From assembly GCF_001194135.2 (NCBI RefSeq), contig NC_068983.1, positions 50,614,748-50,655,551 on the forward strand: a stretch of DNA of 40,804 nucleotides, given 5' to 3'. This DNA is from Octopus bimaculoides (taxonomy: Eukaryota). The notes under the pieces are model-generated. The model searched no databases. It was not told the DNA's origin and saw nothing but the letters and a program-made list of their open reading frames with translations. Positions 37,651 through 40,804 of this stretch are shown one piece after another (within the stretch, counting starts at the first letter, position 1; each line of letters starts with the position of its first letter). The position numbers were made by a program, and so were the translations under genes.

Positions 37651-38206
37651 TTGAGTGAGAGAGCAGTGCATGCCATCAAAATGACACTGGGGTAAAATAT
37701 ACGAAGCCCAGTATACCCATCATGACAACCTGTCTGATAAGGGTACACCAGGCACATGCATCACAACCATATGTCCGCGACATGGTGATCTCATATCAAG
37801 ATAAACAGTGCATGACCTCGCAGGTGGGGCCCAGTTAGAATTTTTTCAGGTCGAGTAGCCCATCCCGCTCAAAAGGTCCCTGAATAAGGTTTGTTTAAGG
37901 ATGTTGAGCAAAACGTCCATGTTTTCAAAAGGGGAATTATTCAAACCTCAAAGAATTCCTCTCAACACATGGCTATGATGCTCCCCCACTACTTCTGCTC
38001 ATGATCAGAGATGCATATATCGTCAGCCACCAAGGAACATGCTCAACTGGTTAAGGTCAAACAACTGACAAGCAAATCTGTAGTATGAAGCAGAATATTT
38101 ACTGTAGTCCATCTTTTATACCAAGACAAAACAACGTACATGATAACACTTCCAATCGATTAAGATCAGAAGCCACGAGAGCTACTGCCTGGTACTGCAT
38201 CCGGGC
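37651..38206 (-). mobile_element. ~550-bp non-coding element, copy 3
   Basis: Bounded by (ATT)n on both sides (37595-37650 and 38208-38235); aligns with copies 1 and 2. Confidence 0.9.
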
Positions 38207-38207
38207 A

Positions 38208-38261
38208 TTTATTATTATTATTATTATTATTATTAGCAGCCACAGCAGCAGAAGCAGCAAC

Positions 38262-38321
<60 letters not shown>
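38208..38321. repeat. (ATT)n, (AGC)n and (AGT)n compound microsatellite
   Basis: Directly visible. Confidence 0.95.
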
Positions 38322-38322
<1 letters not shown>

Positions 38323-38683
38323 TGAATTGAAATAGAAAAAAATATCTAATGTTTCTGGAAACGTTTTTAGAAATTAAAATACAAATTATATTCCATTGAA
38401 ACGATGTTGTTTAAGATTTATAGCAGAATTATCTGGCAGTCATCTCATAAATTACATTACATAAATGAATGAAGGGCGTTATTACTGTCGCTTGTTCTTG
38501 TCAGTAATTGGGTTATATACATTTTTAATAATATCAAGGTATTTGGCAAGAGAAATCAATATCATTAGAACAGTCATTTCTTATTTTAATTATTTCCAAC
38601 AAGATTCTCGAACAGAAGCAACGTTTAATCCCGTAGTCCAGTAACAAGAAACATTTCATACAGAACACCTCCACACTCATATC

Positions 38684-38756
<73 letters not shown>
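38684..38756. repeat. (TA)n-(TG)n microsatellite
   Basis: Directly visible; abuts a gap. Confidence 0.97.
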
Positions 38757-38835
38757 NNNNNNNNNNNNNNNNNNNNNNNNNNNNNNNNNNNNNNNNNNNN
38801 NNNNNNNNNNNNNNNNNNNNNNNNNNNNNNNNNNN
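38757..38835. other. Assembly gap (N run)
   Basis: Run of N. Confidence 1.
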
Positions 38836-39269
38836 TATATATATATATATGCCTGTATGGGTGAGCGTATGAATGTGTGTGTGTGTGCACATTGTCATGC
38901 ATATTCATTTCTATATCCATCTATCTATCTATCTGTCTGTCCATTTCTAATGTATTTTGCTGGTTGTTACTTATTCGTGGAAAATACGTTAAAGTCTAGC
39001 AGCTGTTACCATATTTATTAGATTGTTGGCGTGATTCTGAAATCGGCAACAAATAATACAAATATATTATATTATAAATATTCTTCTATAAGTCTTTACA
39101 AAATATATATGCAATATTGCGATTATATGCAACGTTGCATATTCGCATAGTTTATACAGGCAAACTCACAAATAAAATCATACGCCATACAAACACAACC
39201 TCACAAACAGACCTACGCTCAGATTCATACACATATACGCAACAATCACTTTAAATACTGCCTATATGA

Positions 39270-39301
<32 letters not shown>

Positions 39302-39302
39302 G

Positions 39303-40804
39303 AAGGAGAGAGCAGACAAAGAAGAACTGGGTTATAAAAAACATTAAGTCAAACCCAAAGGCCTTCTTTCATTACGCAAAAGAAACAGCCTCAGTACGCT
39401 GCAAGATTGGACCCCTCTTCGGAAAGGATGGCTCCCTCACAGGCAGTCCAGCTAGAATCAGTGAGGTACTGAATGAGCAATTCAAAAGTGTCTTCACCAC
39501 TCCATTGGAGCACAGACAAGTGAACAAACCAGTGGACGTCTTTGCTACCTCCCCTATAACTAGTGAGGCAGTTACGATGGAATACATCAACATTAGCGAA
39601 GAAGATGTACTACNNNNNNNNNNNNNNNNNNNNNNNNNNNNNNNNNNNNNNNNNNNNNNNNNNNNNNNNNNNNNNNNNNNNNNNNNNNNNNNNNNNNNNN
39701 NNNNNNNNNNNNNNNNNNNNNNNNNNNNNNNNNNNNNNNNNNNNNNNNNNNNNNNNNNNNNNNNNNNNNNNNNNNNNNNNNNNNNNNNNNNNNNNNNNNN
39801 NNNNNNNNNNNNNNNNNNNNNNNNNNNNNNNNNNNNNNNNNNNNNNNNNNNNNNNNNNNNNNNNNNNNNNNNNNNNNNNNNNNNNNNNNNNNNNNNNNNN
39901 NNNNNNNNNNNNNNNNNNNNNNNNNNNNNNNNNNNNNNNNNNNNNNNNNNNNNNNNNNNNNNNNNNNNNNNNNNNNNNNNNNCTATCTCTCTGACTTCAC
40001 ACATCAGCAAAGTCATGGAAAGGATAATCAGAGGAAAACTAATCGCATTCCTTGAAGAAAATAAATTGCTGAGTGATACCCAAATGGCTTTCGACCAGGT
40101 AGGAGCTGCCTGACCCAGCTCTTACAACATTATGACTGGGTGTTGAGGCAGTTACTGAACAACTCAAATGTGGACGTAATATACCTTGATTTTGCAAAAG
40201 CTTTTGACAAAGTGGATCATGGTGTGATATGCCACAAACTGCGTGATCTTGGCATAGCTGGAAGACTTGGAGAGTGGTTACATGACTTTGTGAAAGATAG
40301 AAGTCAGGCAGTAGCGGCTAATGGAGCCACCTCTATGAAAACACAAATAACGAGCGGTGTTCCACAGGGCCCTGTCTTGGGACCGTTGTAACAGTAGTAA
40401 GACCACTCTCAGATATGCCTTCAAGCGCCCGGATAGCCACTCTTGCAAGCTACGCAGACAATACAAAAGTATCGCAGAAAATAAAGAACTCCAGTGATGT
40501 TGCACACCTGCAGCAGGAATTGGACTCAGTTTACAGATGGGCTGAGGACAATAACATGCAGTTTAATGCTGAAAAATCCCAGGCCCTGCGCTACCAACGC
40601 CCAAAACTGAATATGAAACTTACAGAATACACTGGTCTGCAGAGAATTTCAATCCCAGAGCCTAAATCGGTGAGAGACCTGGGTATCGACATGAGTGATG
40701 AAACCTCTTTCCAAGTGCACATTACCAGGATGGCAACAAAGTGCAGATGATTGGCTGGATGGATCCTGAGAATATTCAGAACCAGAGATAAGGAGACCAT
40801 GATG
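39303..40804 (+). mobile_element. CR1-like LINE ORF2 (RT), 5'-truncated and pseudogenized; runs off the window
   Basis: IKNIKSNPKAFFHYAK...FKSVFTTP; ISLTSHISKVMERII; VDVIYLDFAKAFDKVDHG; TSGVPQGPVLGPL; SYADNTKV; WAEDNNMQFNAEK; VRDLGIDMS. Frameshifts, stops and YADD changed to YADN. Confidence 0.95.
39614..39982. other. Assembly gap (N run) inside the LINE
   Basis: Run of N. Confidence 1.

Overview
AT-rich animal genomic DNA from a draft assembly, with six N-gaps that mostly sit beside microsatellites. The repeat content (tRNA/Nin-core SINEs and dense di-, tri- and tetranucleotide tracts) resembles an octopus or other cephalopod; the taxon is inferred, not proven. No host gene can be called with confidence, only isolated short exon candidates on the + strand. 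The window is mostly decayed mobile elements: an RTE-BovB-like LINE, CR1-like LINE pieces, a Penelope-like element (RT plus truncated GIY-YIG), a HERO-like RLE-type 3' fragment with a 42-bp duplication, two mariner fragments, SINEs, a 153-bp solo-LTR-like element and a three-copy ~550-bp element embedded in microsatellites. The most interesting signal is a set of sequence-distinct hammerhead ribozyme (HHR) motifs: one structurally complete minimal type I HHR at 7073-7118(-), and partial or degenerate ones at 8297-8341(+), 11812-11845(+), 14086-14122(+) and 22502-22548(-). One lies in the loop of a ~310-bp fold-back and another beside a ~330-bp fold-back, suggesting several Penelope-linked non-autonomous ribozyme retroelement families. 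Most long ORFs in the supplied track are artefacts of gaps, microsatellites or transposons.
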